From the NCBI GenBank assembly GCA_903837075.1, contig CAILTI010000025.1, forward strand, positions 1-61,138: a stretch of DNA of 61,138 nucleotides, written 5' to 3'. The notes beneath the pieces were generated by a model. That model was not told the DNA's origin and did not search any database. It worked only from the letters and a program-made list of their open reading frames with translations. This DNA comes from an uncultured bacterium. Its GTDB lineage: Bacteria; Patescibacteriota; Minisyncoccia; Phycocordibacterales; PALSA-1337. This document shows, piece after piece, positions 52,055-61,138 of the stretch (position 1 is the stretch's first letter; each line of letters opens with the position of its first letter). Made by a program: the position numbers and the translations under genes.

Positions 52055-52981
52055 CTATATTATCGAAGGAGAAGTAGCTGGAGCAGGTGCAGCTGTGTTC
52101 ATAAAATACGTCTTGTAAATGATGATGCCAGCAACCACGACTAGGGCGATGACGAGAGTGATGAGGACCGCTTCGAGGATTCTCGACGTGGACCTTTTGT
52201 CCTGACCTAGAGCATGTTGCATATTCATATTCGTAAAGTCTACCTTGCCAACACCTGTTCCGCTGGCTTCTGCAGTATTCTGAACTGGGTTTTTTTGCTG
52301 TGTCATACCGAACGGTGACCTAGGAATATTATTAATGGGCGGTGGTGTCATCTGCCCCGGTACACTACTCGACAACACAGACGGCCTAGGTGCATACATA
52401 GTAGTCACGACTGGAATAGTTTGCGGCGTGATCGGTAACTGACCCGGTAACTGTGGGGTTAGCACTTTGTTGATCGTTGCAGATGAAGCAAAAGCCGGCG
52501 TCGGAGCCACGACTGGAGAGATGTACGGAACCGGAACTACGGGCGGAAGCGGCGCTGGAATCGGAAATGGAACAGAAGCTGAGATAGGAGCTGTCGCCGA
52601 AGCAGCAACTAGTACTGGAGCTGACACAGGAGACGGCGATGGAAATGGTGCTGGTACTGTCGCCGACACTGGAGATTTTGCAGCCGAGAACATCGCCTCA
52701 AAGTCAGGCGCCACTGGTTTCATGGAAACAGTTGGAGTTGGTGTGATGACTGGAGGTGGTGTAGGTAAAATAGGTGGTATCGGTGCCGCAGGTGCCGGCG
52801 GTGGCGTAGGCAATGTAGGCGGTTTCATAGATAGATACGCTTCATCAACATCGGATGATGTCCAACCTTCGCTCATCAACATTTTTGTAATAGCTTCACG
52901 AGTCATACCTTGACTCATCTGACCATTAATAAAATCTAGCATTAGTTTTGTAATCATATATGTAGTCAAATTATAACACAT
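52055..52981 (-). CDS. Proline-rich protein with C-terminal TM anchor, hypothetical
   Basis: Small helical N-domain, about 180 aa of P/A/V/T-rich sequence, TM ILEAVLITLVIALVVVAGIIIY. Confidence 0.5.
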   Translation of the reverse strand: MCYNLTTYMITKLMLDFINGQMSQGMTREAITKMLMSEGWTSSDVDEAYLSMKPPTLPTPPPAPAAPIPPILPTPPPVITPTPTVSMKPVAPDFEAMFSAAKSPVSATVPAPFPSPSPVSAPVLVAASATAPISASVPFPIPAPLPPVVPVPYISPVVAPTPAFASSATINKVLTPQLPGQLPITPQTIPVVTTMYAPRPSVLSSSVPGQMTPPPINNIPRSPFGMTQQKNPVQNTAEASGTGVGKVDFTNMNMQHALGQDKRSTSRILEAVLITLVIALVVVAGIIIYKTYFMNTAAPAPATSPSII

Positions 52982-53154
52982 TGCACCGCTATGTATGCAA
53001 GCAACGTACTATATGCACGCAGTGGTGCGAGGATGAATGTCGGCATCCTTCGTGATTACAAAGGCGTTAAAGCGAAGCATCATTGTGACCATTATTTATT
53101 AGGGTAATTATTCTAAAGATCAAAGTTGATACCCATTATTAATCTAAATACAAT

Positions 53155-53829
53155 ATGAAATTAACATACGCAAAATATCTAGGCGCTATCGCCATTACAG
53201 GGGCGTTAGTTGCTATAACGACACTTCCAGCATTCGCAGCAACCAATAGCAACAAAAATGACGACCGAGACGAAAGGTCGTCTATCGCCTCATCTACATA
53301 TCGAGGTCCAGGAATGATGAATGGTCGGTATGGTAACGCTACAACAACGAGAATGATGTACAACAGATCGGATACTGATAAAAATAGAACTGGTACAAGC
53401 ACCAGAATGATGAATGGTCGGTATGGTAACGCTACAACAACGAGAATGATGAATGGTCGCTGGAATGCAACCTCCACCAATGAAAACCAGATTCCACTGA
53501 TCACCGGCAACGGACGACCAGTGGTCGCCGGAACAGTTTCATCTGTGACCGGTACGACAGTCACGATCACGACCGCCAGTAACATTAGTTACACCGTGGA
53601 CGTCTCCAGTTCAACAGTGAATCGCAACAAACTATCCAGTACCGCTTCTGCCATCGTGGTCGGTGATTACGTCATCGTCCAAGGAACAGTGAATGGTAAT
53701 TCTGTTGTGGCTTCATCTGTTATAGATAGCTCTGTCGTTCCTCCAAATACTATTCCACCAGGCGGTCCAGGAAACATGGGCTTCCTAGGTTCTGTAGGAG
53801 GATTCTTCAGACACCTATTCGGCTTCTGA
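53155..53829 (+). CDS. Secreted protein with internal exact duplication and DUF5666-like C-terminal half
   Basis: Signal peptide. MMNGRYGNATTTRMM occurs twice. TGTTVTITT...GDYVIVQGTVNGNSVVASSV. Confidence 0.6.
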   Translation: MKLTYAKYLGAIAITGALVAITTLPAFAATNSNKNDDRDERSSIASSTYRGPGMMNGRYGNATTTRMMYNRSDTDKNRTGTSTRMMNGRYGNATTTRMMNGRWNATSTNENQIPLITGNGRPVVAGTVSSVTGTTVTITTASNISYTVDVSSSTVNRNKLSSTASAIVVGDYVIVQGTVNGNSVVASSVIDSSVVPPNTIPPGGPGNMGFLGSVGGFFRHLFGF

Positions 53830-53866
53830 TCTAGAGAGGTCAACACATCTTCACTTATTAGCAACT

Positions 53867-53896
53867 AAAAACAGAGGCTTATGACCTCTGTTTTTT
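53867..53896. terminator. Bidirectional-type terminator after the secreted-protein gene
   Basis: AAAAACAGAGG cttatga CCTCTGTTTTTT. Confidence 0.7.
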
Positions 53897-53899
53897 GTT

Positions 53900-53927
53900 A
53901 AAAAAAGCCCACCGTTTGACGGTAGGC
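53900..53927 (-). terminator. Minus-strand intrinsic terminator
   Basis: Minus strand: GCCTACCGT caa ACGGTGGGC TTTTTTT. Confidence 0.65.
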
Positions 53928-54128
53928 CTGTTACGCGTTGTTGTACGCAAGGAAGACGATATCTCTATTGTGCAGCCGTGTGGGGCGAAACAGTCGCTAT
54001 CCATCACGAACGAAGGGAGAGTCGCAGTTGACGGTACTAAACGCATCTAGAATCACGTTTTCCCGTTTGTCGACCGTCCATAGAGTCATCTCGTGTGATA
54101 CCACTGAATATATGATCTAGCTAGCAGA
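53900..54128 (-). ncRNA. Candidate ~228-nt orphan transcript (RNA, or mRNA for a 30-codon ORF)
   Basis: Extended -10 TGCTATACT (minus strand, 54133-54141) and the terminator at 53900-53927. No annotated CDS in between. Confidence 0.3.
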
Positions 54129-54146
54129 CCCCAGTATAGCAGAATA

Positions 54147-54174
54147 TTGAATTTTTGTGGGATAATAGTATACT
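54147..54174 (+). promoter_or_regulatory. Promoter TTGAAT-16-TATACT placed 6 nt before ATG (leaderless)
   Basis: TTGAAT at 54147-54152, TATACT at 54169-54174, ATG at 54181. Confidence 0.45.
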
Positions 54175-54180
54175 TATCAT

Positions 54181-54777
54181 ATGAATATCGAAAATTTCAA
54201 TCAAAATAATGACATTCCAGCCTCAGAAGAAAATGAAGGAAACAAGTCATCAGGCAACAATAATTTGAAAAGAACAACCCAGGCGGCCTTGGCCGCTTCT
54301 ATGATAGCGATGGGTGCCGTAGGTTGTGATACACATCCAAACAATACGGGCAATGAAACAGAAAAACCGGACCGCTTCGAAAAACAAAGTGACCTGGCCG
54401 ATACTCTACGAGAGGATGAGAAAAGACCAGTTCTAGATCAAGAGAAACTCGATGTGTATTTTAGTTCTATAAAAGCGGGTAACTTTGGAAAGGACTTTTA
54501 TAAACTTACCAGGTGTAGAGCTATCGACCTGGCTATAAAAAAGGGTATGCATGTGACCACAGATAGCGACGTTGTATTCAAGGCGATCGGTGGTATACCG
54601 GTCGAGACAACGATAGATGGAAGACCTGTGCCTGTTAGCGCGGATGATTATACACCGGAGGAATTGGCAATAGTCCGAATGGGCCGATCAGCGGCTGGTC
54701 TCCTACATGAGTCCCCTACCACGAACGAGCCTGCATCAGAGAGCAAAACAAATCCTGATCTCAAAGATTTTTTGTAG
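54181..54777 (+). CDS. Hypothetical exported/lipoprotein-like protein
   Basis: 198 aa with hydrophobic segment AALAASMIAMGAVGC (possible lipobox). No motif recognised. Confidence 0.5.
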   Translation: MNIENFNQNNDIPASEENEGNKSSGNNNLKRTTQAALAASMIAMGAVGCDTHPNNTGNETEKPDRFEKQSDLADTLREDEKRPVLDQEKLDVYFSSIKAGNFGKDFYKLTRCRAIDLAIKKGMHVTTDSDVVFKAIGGIPVETTIDGRPVPVSADDYTPEELAIVRMGRSAAGLLHESPTTNEPASESKTNPDLKDFL

Positions 54778-54804
54778 AAATATGTAATATATAGTAGACA
54801 TAAG

Positions 54805-54831
54805 AAACCGCAGATTACTCTGCGGTTTGTT
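54805..54831 (+). terminator. Hairpin terminator after 54181..54777
   Basis: AAACCGCAG attact CTGCGGTTT GTT. Confidence 0.5.
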
Positions 54832-54894
54832 GAATATTGGAGTCCGTCAGTTCGAACTGCGGACATGTGTTACTACTGGAACATTTGGAAGCAT

Positions 54895-55722
54895 CTACCA
54901 CTTTATCTCGATGGCACTCATAGGTGTGAGACGCTTGTACTGTGCAGGAACCTTGAGATCTCTGCGTGTTTGCGCACTTATCTCTATGTCTCCAGACAAG
55001 ATGTAGAGTTTTACCACGTTATTTGAAGCCATATCCTTTTCCTGCTTCAGAAAACCACTACCACTCTCTCCGTTCATGCTTTCATACAACATGAGGTAAA
55101 AGGCGTTCGTGACAGTATTGACCATCTCGCCGATAATTTCGAAACTCTCACCCGTCGTGATCGAAGTAACCTTGAAAGGGGTGACCGGACTCAGACTGAA
55201 CTCTTGTCGCGACGGAGATGCTGCGGAAACGAGAACCGACGATGTTCTCGAGATCAGACTAGCATCACCCATATAGCATAGTGCTACATCCTGTATCCCC
55301 TCCACTGTAGGCGACGTCCTCAAACTATCGAGGACAACACTAGAGAGATGCCCTTGTGAAGTGAACCCGCTCGGCCCTAGAACATGATAATCATAGAGAT
55401 CGGAACCAGGCTCAGTATTCGAGAATAGATGACTGGCAGTGACGATGAATGACGGCTGACCATCTTTACCGATCACCATCGTGCCACATGCCGCAGCGTA
55501 TTTACCTTTGCTAAAATACACTGCTCGAAGCCGTGGATGAATGTTGGTCGGTGATCGATGACCCAAGTTATAGTCATATCTCTCCTGCAGCTCTCTCTGT
55601 GAATGTTCTACCGTGCTCGGCTCTTTCATCGTCCAGAGTGATACCGATACCACCCCAGCAACGACGATAGTCAAGACGATCCCCCAGCGATAACTGACTT
55701 TCTTCTTTTTATTTTTCTTCAT
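54895..55722 (-). CDS. Membrane-anchored trypsin-like serine peptidase (tentative)
   Basis: TASHLF (His) and GESGSGF (Ser) motifs in the expected order, plus an N-terminal TM. Confidence 0.45.
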   Translation of the reverse strand: MKKNKKKKVSYRWGIVLTIVVAGVVSVSLWTMKEPSTVEHSQRELQERYDYNLGHRSPTNIHPRLRAVYFSKGKYAAACGTMVIGKDGQPSFIVTASHLFSNTEPGSDLYDYHVLGPSGFTSQGHLSSVVLDSLRTSPTVEGIQDVALCYMGDASLISRTSSVLVSAASPSRQEFSLSPVTPFKVTSITTGESFEIIGEMVNTVTNAFYLMLYESMNGESGSGFLKQEKDMASNNVVKLYILSGDIEISAQTRRDLKVPAQYKRLTPMSAIEIKW

Positions 55723-55830
55723 GCATACCCTTCTCTGTCATTGGTTATATATGTGTATGTACAAAATACATCATATCTATATCACTATTTATATCTCCTG
55801 TCAAGGCGAGTGTAGGTAAACCTGATATCC

Positions 55831-56841
55831 CTATCTTTTCAAGTAACTCTCAACTCTCTTCGCGACATTCTCTTTCAAATTGAAATAGTAAAATGGATAA
55901 TCATAACTATGATATATTCCAGGGCCGAATCCTAACTGCATTTTACTCTCATCGGCAACACTACAAACCAGAACTCCTTTCACCTTGTCGACACGAGCGT
56001 CAGCATAATTCTTCACTGACAAAAACTTTCCATCAGCCCCCAGCGTGACTGCACCGGTTTTGTCTAGGATGATCGATCCCGCATTCTCCGTAGCCTTAGC
56101 CAAGGTCTCTTCCCTCGTCCAAGTGACGGGGTTGATAGCGAGCGCACCTGGTAAAACAACAGGATTTTTCTTTCCTATCACCGGAGCCTCGGTATTATAT
56201 GAAATGATGACACCAGTATCAGACGAGCCATCGGCGAATTTCAAATGTGGATTGGCTTTGAGATAGCTATCAGTTACCGAATATCCGATGACATACGCAG
56301 CGATCATTCTCTTGTAAACATCTGGATTTTTCTTCATATAATCAGATAACAAATATACCAATAAGTTCGAACCCTGAGAATGTCCCGCCAACATAAATGG
56401 CCGACCCTTATTAAAATTCTTTATGTAATAGTCAAAAGCGGCGAAAGCATCCTCCCTAGGAATACCTCCAACGACTTTATCTTGTTCAGCCAGAGGCAAT
56501 GACAAAGTGTACAAAGCATCTGCCTGTCTATAATATGGAGCATATATATTGGCAACATCATTAAATATAGTGGCTTGTCTATCGAAAGCTAGCTTGGAAC
56601 CTTTTAGCATGATCGGGTTATCAATATTGCAAATATTCGGATCAGACTGAGCAACCTTCTGCCAGGCTGTCGGATATAGATAGAAGACGTCGACTTTCTT
56701 ATCTGCACTCTCAGGTAGAGATAGCCAATGCTCAGATTTCGAATAATCAGTTGCCCTATTTACCGCCTTGTCATTGGACAAGAAGAAATAGCAAGCCAAA
56801 GCAACGATGAACAGAGCAACGATGAATATTTTTATTTTCAT
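55831..56841 (-). CDS. DUF3089-type alpha/beta hydrolase (lipase-like)
   Basis: APYYRQ and the nucleophile elbow GHSQGS; N-terminal signal/TM. Confidence 0.7.
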   Translation of the reverse strand: MKIKIFIVALFIVALACYFFLSNDKAVNRATDYSKSEHWLSLPESADKKVDVFYLYPTAWQKVAQSDPNICNIDNPIMLKGSKLAFDRQATIFNDVANIYAPYYRQADALYTLSLPLAEQDKVVGGIPREDAFAAFDYYIKNFNKGRPFMLAGHSQGSNLLVYLLSDYMKKNPDVYKRMIAAYVIGYSVTDSYLKANPHLKFADGSSDTGVIISYNTEAPVIGKKNPVVLPGALAINPVTWTREETLAKATENAGSIILDKTGAVTLGADGKFLSVKNYADARVDKVKGVLVCSVADESKMQLGFGPGIYHSYDYPFYYFNLKENVAKRVESYLKR

Positions 56842-56908
56842 ATTTATATTTGTATTAATTTACTAATATGTTGGGTGATTGTAAAAATATATCTACACGC
56901 GCCGCAGT

Positions 56909-58933
56909 CTATACCAGAGCAAAATCCAGCATTCTCCTATCTATGTCAGCACCTTTGACCTGGAACTTGACCGTGTCTCCTAGGGTGAATTTTTTACCAG
57001 TCTTTTCTCCGATGATGGAATATGTCTTCTCATCGAATGAGAAATAGTCCTCTCCCAAACTAGAGATATGGATCATGCCTTCAGACATAGTTTTTGACTC
57101 AGCGACATATATCCCCCATTTCGCCACTCCAGTGATAGTGCCATCGAAACTCTCCCCGATACGAGTACTCATATACTCGACTTGCTTCAGTTTCTTCGAA
57201 GCCCGTTCAGCTTCGGATGCGGATATCTCTCTACTAGTCGAGCTGTCGGCAATCTTCTGAAAGACCACGATATCACGATCTCCGAATGCTTCATTGTTCA
57301 AATGCTTGGCCAAAACTCGATGAACCAATAGGTCCGGGTATCGACGAATAGGTGAGGTGAAATGAGTGTAGAAACTAAATGCCAACCCAAAGTGGCCGAT
57401 ATTTTTCGTGGAATATACTGCTTTCTGCATAGACCTGATCGTGGCTGTTCTGATCAATGACTCATGTGGAGTATCTTCGATCTGATCCAGAAGATCATTC
57501 AGACTCTGACCAGTGACTACTCCGTCATCTGATTTCAATGTATACCCCAACGCCTTTACGAACGTCACGAGATTCATGATCTTGTCCTTATCTGGAATGT
57601 CATGAATGCGATATATCGCTCCAGTATCCCTGGTACTTTTCTTCTTTATAGAATCAAAAATGAATTTGGCCACTTCGCGGTTAGCGAGGAGCATGAACTC
57701 CTCTACTAGCTTATGTGTATCCAGGCGCATGGTTTTGTTGATACCGATAGGTTTGCCAGACTGGTCCAACTGGAACTTGATCTCATCTTGCTCGAACTCC
57801 ACGGCGCCTTTGGAAAATTTCTCTTTCTTCAGAATCTTGGCCAATCTATTCAGCTCTATCAGAGATTCACGATATTTCATCCCGGCTTCGGCCGATGCCG
57901 TGGTCTGAATACCGCTAGAGTACTTTACAACTAGAGACGAGTCCCCCATGATCGCTGCCTCTGCTGTCTCATAAGTAAATCGATGTGTAGAGTTCATGAT
58001 CGTCTTGCCGAACCACCGTGAGCGGACATGAGCGTTACTATCCATCACGAATATAGTCGAGAAAGATAACTTGTCTTCATTTGGATTCAAACTACAAACA
58101 TCATTCGACAGTACCTCTGGGAGCATCGGGATCGTCCTATCTACCAGATATACTGAACAGCCGCGCTTCACCGCCTCCTTGTCGAGCGCAGATCCCTCAC
58201 GAACATAATGAGAAACGTCAGCGATATGGACACCGATTTCGAACAAACCATCCGGAAGTTTCTTTATAGAAATAGCATCATCGAAATCCTTGGCGTCGAA
58301 TGGATCTATGGTGAACGTCGGAGTTCCGCGGATATCACGGCGTTTGGCGATCTCCTCAGCTCCGATAGTTTTCTCCTGTCCCACCTTCCGCGCTTCGCTC
58401 TCGACATTATGTGGAAAATCAACTTCGAATCCTTTTTCGAGCACGATAGACTCCATCTCAACATTGTTGTTGCCCTTTTCCCCCAACACCTTGATGACCG
58501 CACCAGTAGGTAATTTTGCTGGATCAGTCCAGTCCGACAGTTTGACGAAAACTTTTTGATCATTCTTCAATCCTTTGGAATTTTGCGCGGAAATAGAGAT
58601 GTTCACATACATTTTCTTGTCATCAGGAACGACGACACAGTTACCCGTCTTTTCGAAAGACACGGTACCAACGAATGAACCTTTGGCGCGTTCGACAACT
58701 TTCGTGACTATTCCCTTTTTCTCGATCTTTCCTCTAACTCTGGTGTCACTGACCGCCACTTCGACTTTGTCGCCATCGAGAGCTGTATTCAGATGACCAG
58801 GTTCGACATACACTGACTCCTTCTTTGGATCAGCGTCGTCGATATAACCAGCCCCTTTCATGGTCGTTCTGATCTGGCCAACTATAACGGTTTTCTGGGA
58901 TTTGTGTCCTTTCACGAATTTACTATAGCACAA
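56909..58933 (-). CDS. rnr: Ribonuclease R / exoribonuclease II family
   Basis: RNB domain (IDPFDAKDFDDAIS, HFGL...YTHFTSPIRRYPDL) and a C-terminal S1 domain. Confidence 0.9.
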   Translation of the reverse strand: MCYSKFVKGHKSQKTVIVGQIRTTMKGAGYIDDADPKKESVYVEPGHLNTALDGDKVEVAVSDTRVRGKIEKKGIVTKVVERAKGSFVGTVSFEKTGNCVVVPDDKKMYVNISISAQNSKGLKNDQKVFVKLSDWTDPAKLPTGAVIKVLGEKGNNNVEMESIVLEKGFEVDFPHNVESEARKVGQEKTIGAEEIAKRRDIRGTPTFTIDPFDAKDFDDAISIKKLPDGLFEIGVHIADVSHYVREGSALDKEAVKRGCSVYLVDRTIPMLPEVLSNDVCSLNPNEDKLSFSTIFVMDSNAHVRSRWFGKTIMNSTHRFTYETAEAAIMGDSSLVVKYSSGIQTTASAEAGMKYRESLIELNRLAKILKKEKFSKGAVEFEQDEIKFQLDQSGKPIGINKTMRLDTHKLVEEFMLLANREVAKFIFDSIKKKSTRDTGAIYRIHDIPDKDKIMNLVTFVKALGYTLKSDDGVVTGQSLNDLLDQIEDTPHESLIRTATIRSMQKAVYSTKNIGHFGLAFSFYTHFTSPIRRYPDLLVHRVLAKHLNNEAFGDRDIVVFQKIADSSTSREISASEAERASKKLKQVEYMSTRIGESFDGTITGVAKWGIYVAESKTMSEGMIHISSLGEDYFSFDEKTYSIIGEKTGKKFTLGDTVKFQVKGADIDRRMLDFALV

Positions 58934-58939
58934 TAGGTC

Positions 58940-59557
58940 CTAATGTCCCTCCGCTTGCCACTCCTTTATCTCCTGACTCGGATACACGAGCTGAAGTACA
59001 TTCAATGTCAGATTGTCCCTGACCCACCAGAGTGCACCTAGTTCAAAGACGAGGATGAGTACGATCACGATCCACACCTTCGAGAAACGAGCGACCAAGA
59101 AGCCTATGGCCATCATGCCAACATCGCAAACAGAATTGAGAACAGAATCACCAGTGTATCCGAGAGCTATAGTGGCGGTGCGGTATCGATCGATGATGAT
59201 CGGCGAATTTTCCAACAACTCCCAACCCCCCTCGATGAGGAGCGCGACCAAGAACCACCATTTACGTGGGAACTTTTCTTTGAGCCTTGGTGGTAATTTG
59301 CTCCAGATAAGATATAGGAAGCCATAGAACAGCATCCCGTGAATGATATGTGAAAATGAATACACATCCGCGACGCGTTGTGAAGTTTCATTACCCCAAA
59401 TATCGTTGTCCCACCAACCGAATCGTCCATCAGGACCCAGGAGCGAACGATCAGAGGCGTATTCGGTGATGCCGACGATAGCAAAAACAATGATGGTACT
59501 GAGGATGATAAAACGATGCTTTTTGATAAATTCCCAGGAACTTGAAATGAATTTCAT
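58940..59557 (-). CDS. Polytopic membrane protein, DUF2585-like
   Basis: 205 aa, about 5 TM helices, SFSHIIHGMLFY segment. Family assignment from memory only. Confidence 0.5.
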   Translation of the reverse strand: MKFISSSWEFIKKHRFIILSTIIVFAIVGITEYASDRSLLGPDGRFGWWDNDIWGNETSQRVADVYSFSHIIHGMLFYGFLYLIWSKLPPRLKEKFPRKWWFLVALLIEGGWELLENSPIIIDRYRTATIALGYTGDSVLNSVCDVGMMAIGFLVARFSKVWIVIVLILVFELGALWWVRDNLTLNVLQLVYPSQEIKEWQAEGH

Positions 59558-59576
59558 GAGGACATTATAACACCAA

Positions 59577-59666
59577 AATCATTTGTATCACGGGATGAGT
59601 CTGATGGAAGATTCTTAGAACTCATCCACTACATTCACGGGTGCATCAGAAATGATGCACTTTTTT
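59577..59666 (+). ncRNA. Candidate ~90-nt two-hairpin sRNA
   Basis: TTGAAA-17-TTATAA (59542-59570). Hairpin GGATGAGT/ACTCATCC (59593-59627). Terminator GTGCATC/GATGCAC+T6 (59641-59666). Confidence 0.3.
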
Positions 59667-59732
59667 CATTAAATATCTGCCGATTAAAAGGTCCCTTTTT
59701 AGCGACACTCTGCCCCTCGGCATGTACTCCCT

Positions 59733-60479
59733 CTATTGATAGAAAATTTCTAGTTTTTTACACCACTTATCCTTCAATAACTTTTTTAAGGTATCCATAA
59801 ATTCCTCCGATGAAAATGTATCTACGAACAACTCACCAAAGAGTCCTTCTGTATCCTCTTCATTGGCAGTGGAATTAATCTTATGAATATGCTCTATCAG
59901 AGCCTCATAGTGAATCGAATCAAAAATATCCTTCTGATTTTCACGAACGGTCTGAGTAAGAAAGTCGCGAATTCTTTCATCAGTAACACGTGAGGGGTTC
60001 TGATTCACGGTACTCCACCTATTCCAGAAAAAAGTACCTTCACTTCTCAAATTATATGAACTTAAAACCTTATCCGTATCTAAACCAATACTTTTGAAAT
60101 CCTTGTGAAGTTCATCATAAACATCTTTGTCAATTTGACCTTTCCCTAAAGCAAACATTTCTTGCTTGATAATACCCATAGTTATGAGGGTTATTTCACC
60201 AACCACATTCATGAAGGCCTCCTTAACATCTTCAGATCGTTTCTTTCTACCAACATCCTTACATCGTTTTATAAATCTTTTTATGAGGCGATCTGATTCG
60301 ACGACCGTCATCTTTTCAAGGATGACAGTATCCCTCATAAAATCAGCAAGTTCAGTGATACCCTTTTCATTCTTCCTAATCAAGACGTACGTAAAGGTAT
60401 TCGCGATAATCTCAATTTCTGGACGTATAACCTCCATTACGTTTTGTGCATCTCTCATCTCCCCAATTTCATCCATCAT
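59733..60479 (-). CDS. Hypothetical cytoplasmic protein
   Basis: 248-aa ORF, helical and charged. No motif recognised. Confidence 0.5.
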   Translation of the reverse strand: MMDEIGEMRDAQNVMEVIRPEIEIIANTFTYVLIRKNEKGITELADFMRDTVILEKMTVVESDRLIKRFIKRCKDVGRKKRSEDVKEAFMNVVGEITLITMGIIKQEMFALGKGQIDKDVYDELHKDFKSIGLDTDKVLSSYNLRSEGTFFWNRWSTVNQNPSRVTDERIRDFLTQTVRENQKDIFDSIHYEALIEHIHKINSTANEEDTEGLFGELFVDTFSSEEFMDTLKKLLKDKWCKKLEIFYQ

Positions 60480-60554
60480 ACGCGCACCCCCCTTGACAAC
60501 ACCATATATGTATTGCTATACTCTGAGGAGTAAACTTAGTCAACCAAAAGAAAG

Positions 60555-60989
60555 GTGCAAATCCTTAGTCCTTTTATGAAAAAAATAATATTCCTATTCA
60601 GCTCCCTGCTGCTACTCGCAGTCACGGGCTGCAGTACGGTGAAACTCGGCAGTCCCAATATCACATATCCACGAAATTCGATCGTGATACGGAACAATAC
60701 CCCATATACACTTTTCGTTTTTCGAAACATGGGCATATGGACAGTGGGTAACATGCAAAATGAGCCCCAGTTCGAATCCGACATAGAAGTCGGTCCGTAC
60801 GCAGAATTCGTACACCCGAACGCCACGACACTAAACAGAGAGCGGATCAAACTCTGTGTCTGGGCCGGAAAACCGGAAAAGGTAGGCTGCCTTCGAGGCT
60901 TCGACGTATTCGGCAAGCACCATTTCAAAGTTGATCTGGGCACCAATAGCCCACCGATCATAGTGAATATAATAAGTGGTGGATATTGA
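60555..60989 (+). CDS. Lipoprotein, hypothetical
   Basis: Lipobox LLLLAVTGCST. Confidence 0.6.
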   Translation: MQILSPFMKKIIFLFSSLLLLAVTGCSTVKLGSPNITYPRNSIVIRNNTPYTLFVFRNMGIWTVGNMQNEPQFESDIEVGPYAEFVHPNATTLNRERIKLCVWAGKPEKVGCLRGFDVFGKHHFKVDLGTNSPPIIVNIISGGY

Positions 60990-61007
60990 GATCCACCACC
61001 CTACACA

Positions 61008-61042
61008 GAGACGTGCTGAACATCATTCCGCACGTCTTTTTT
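61008..61042 (+). terminator. Intrinsic terminator
   Basis: GAGACGTGC tgaacatcattcc GCACGTCT TTTTT. Confidence 0.7.
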
Positions 61043-61138
61043 ATACCTAGTTATATTCTCGTATCACTTGCCGATCATCAGTTATTCCCCCCATCCGTCC
61101 TCAAACTCTTTTCCGTAACCGCAGATACTGTGAGTGAC

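Overview
A gene-dense 61-kb stretch, about 85% on the minus strand, made up almost entirely of housekeeping genes. These include ftsK, recA, efp, rpsF-ssb-rpsR, tatD, metG, glyQS, recO, ileS, argS, glyA, dut/thyA/folD, secE-nusG-rplK and rnr. There is also a cell-envelope block (ABC-2 exporter fragment, O-antigen-ligase/TPR protein, three secreted proteins with peptidoglycan-binding domains) and a redox/envelope block (VKOR, DsbA-like, polysaccharide deacetylase). Gene content and style suggest an uncultivated CPR/Patescibacteria (Parcubacteria-like) genome: large surface proteins, many inserts in core enzymes, rplK with no rplA, and promoters abutting start codons. That assignment is inference. 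I found no rRNA, tRNA, CRISPR array, transposase or integrase. The main findings follow. (1) Two families of structured palindromic repeats are inserted IN FRAME in essential genes. Family A is in ftsK, tatD, argS and glyA. Family B is in an rRNA-type methyltransferase and twice just after stop codons. Family B has a conserved 62-nt core flanked by copy-specific perfect inverted repeats, with compensatory substitutions in its hairpins. (2) A complete histidine-phosphatase (PGAM-like) domain is embedded in the IleRS catalytic core. (3) A pair of giant genes sits between argS and ileS: a 1101-aa MoxR/AAA_5-type ATPase and a 774-aa HExxH-metallopeptidase/vWA protein. An antisense promoter-to-terminator RNA unit lies between them. 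(4) Six orphan promoter-to-terminator units (about 90-350 nt) lie in intergenic spacers; four of them are GC-rich and visibly structured, and I could not assign any to a known RNA class. (5) A 45-bp direct repeat that duplicates the 5' end of the exporter gene brackets a small HTH cassette. All functional calls come from reading the translations and sequence by eye; no database search was run.
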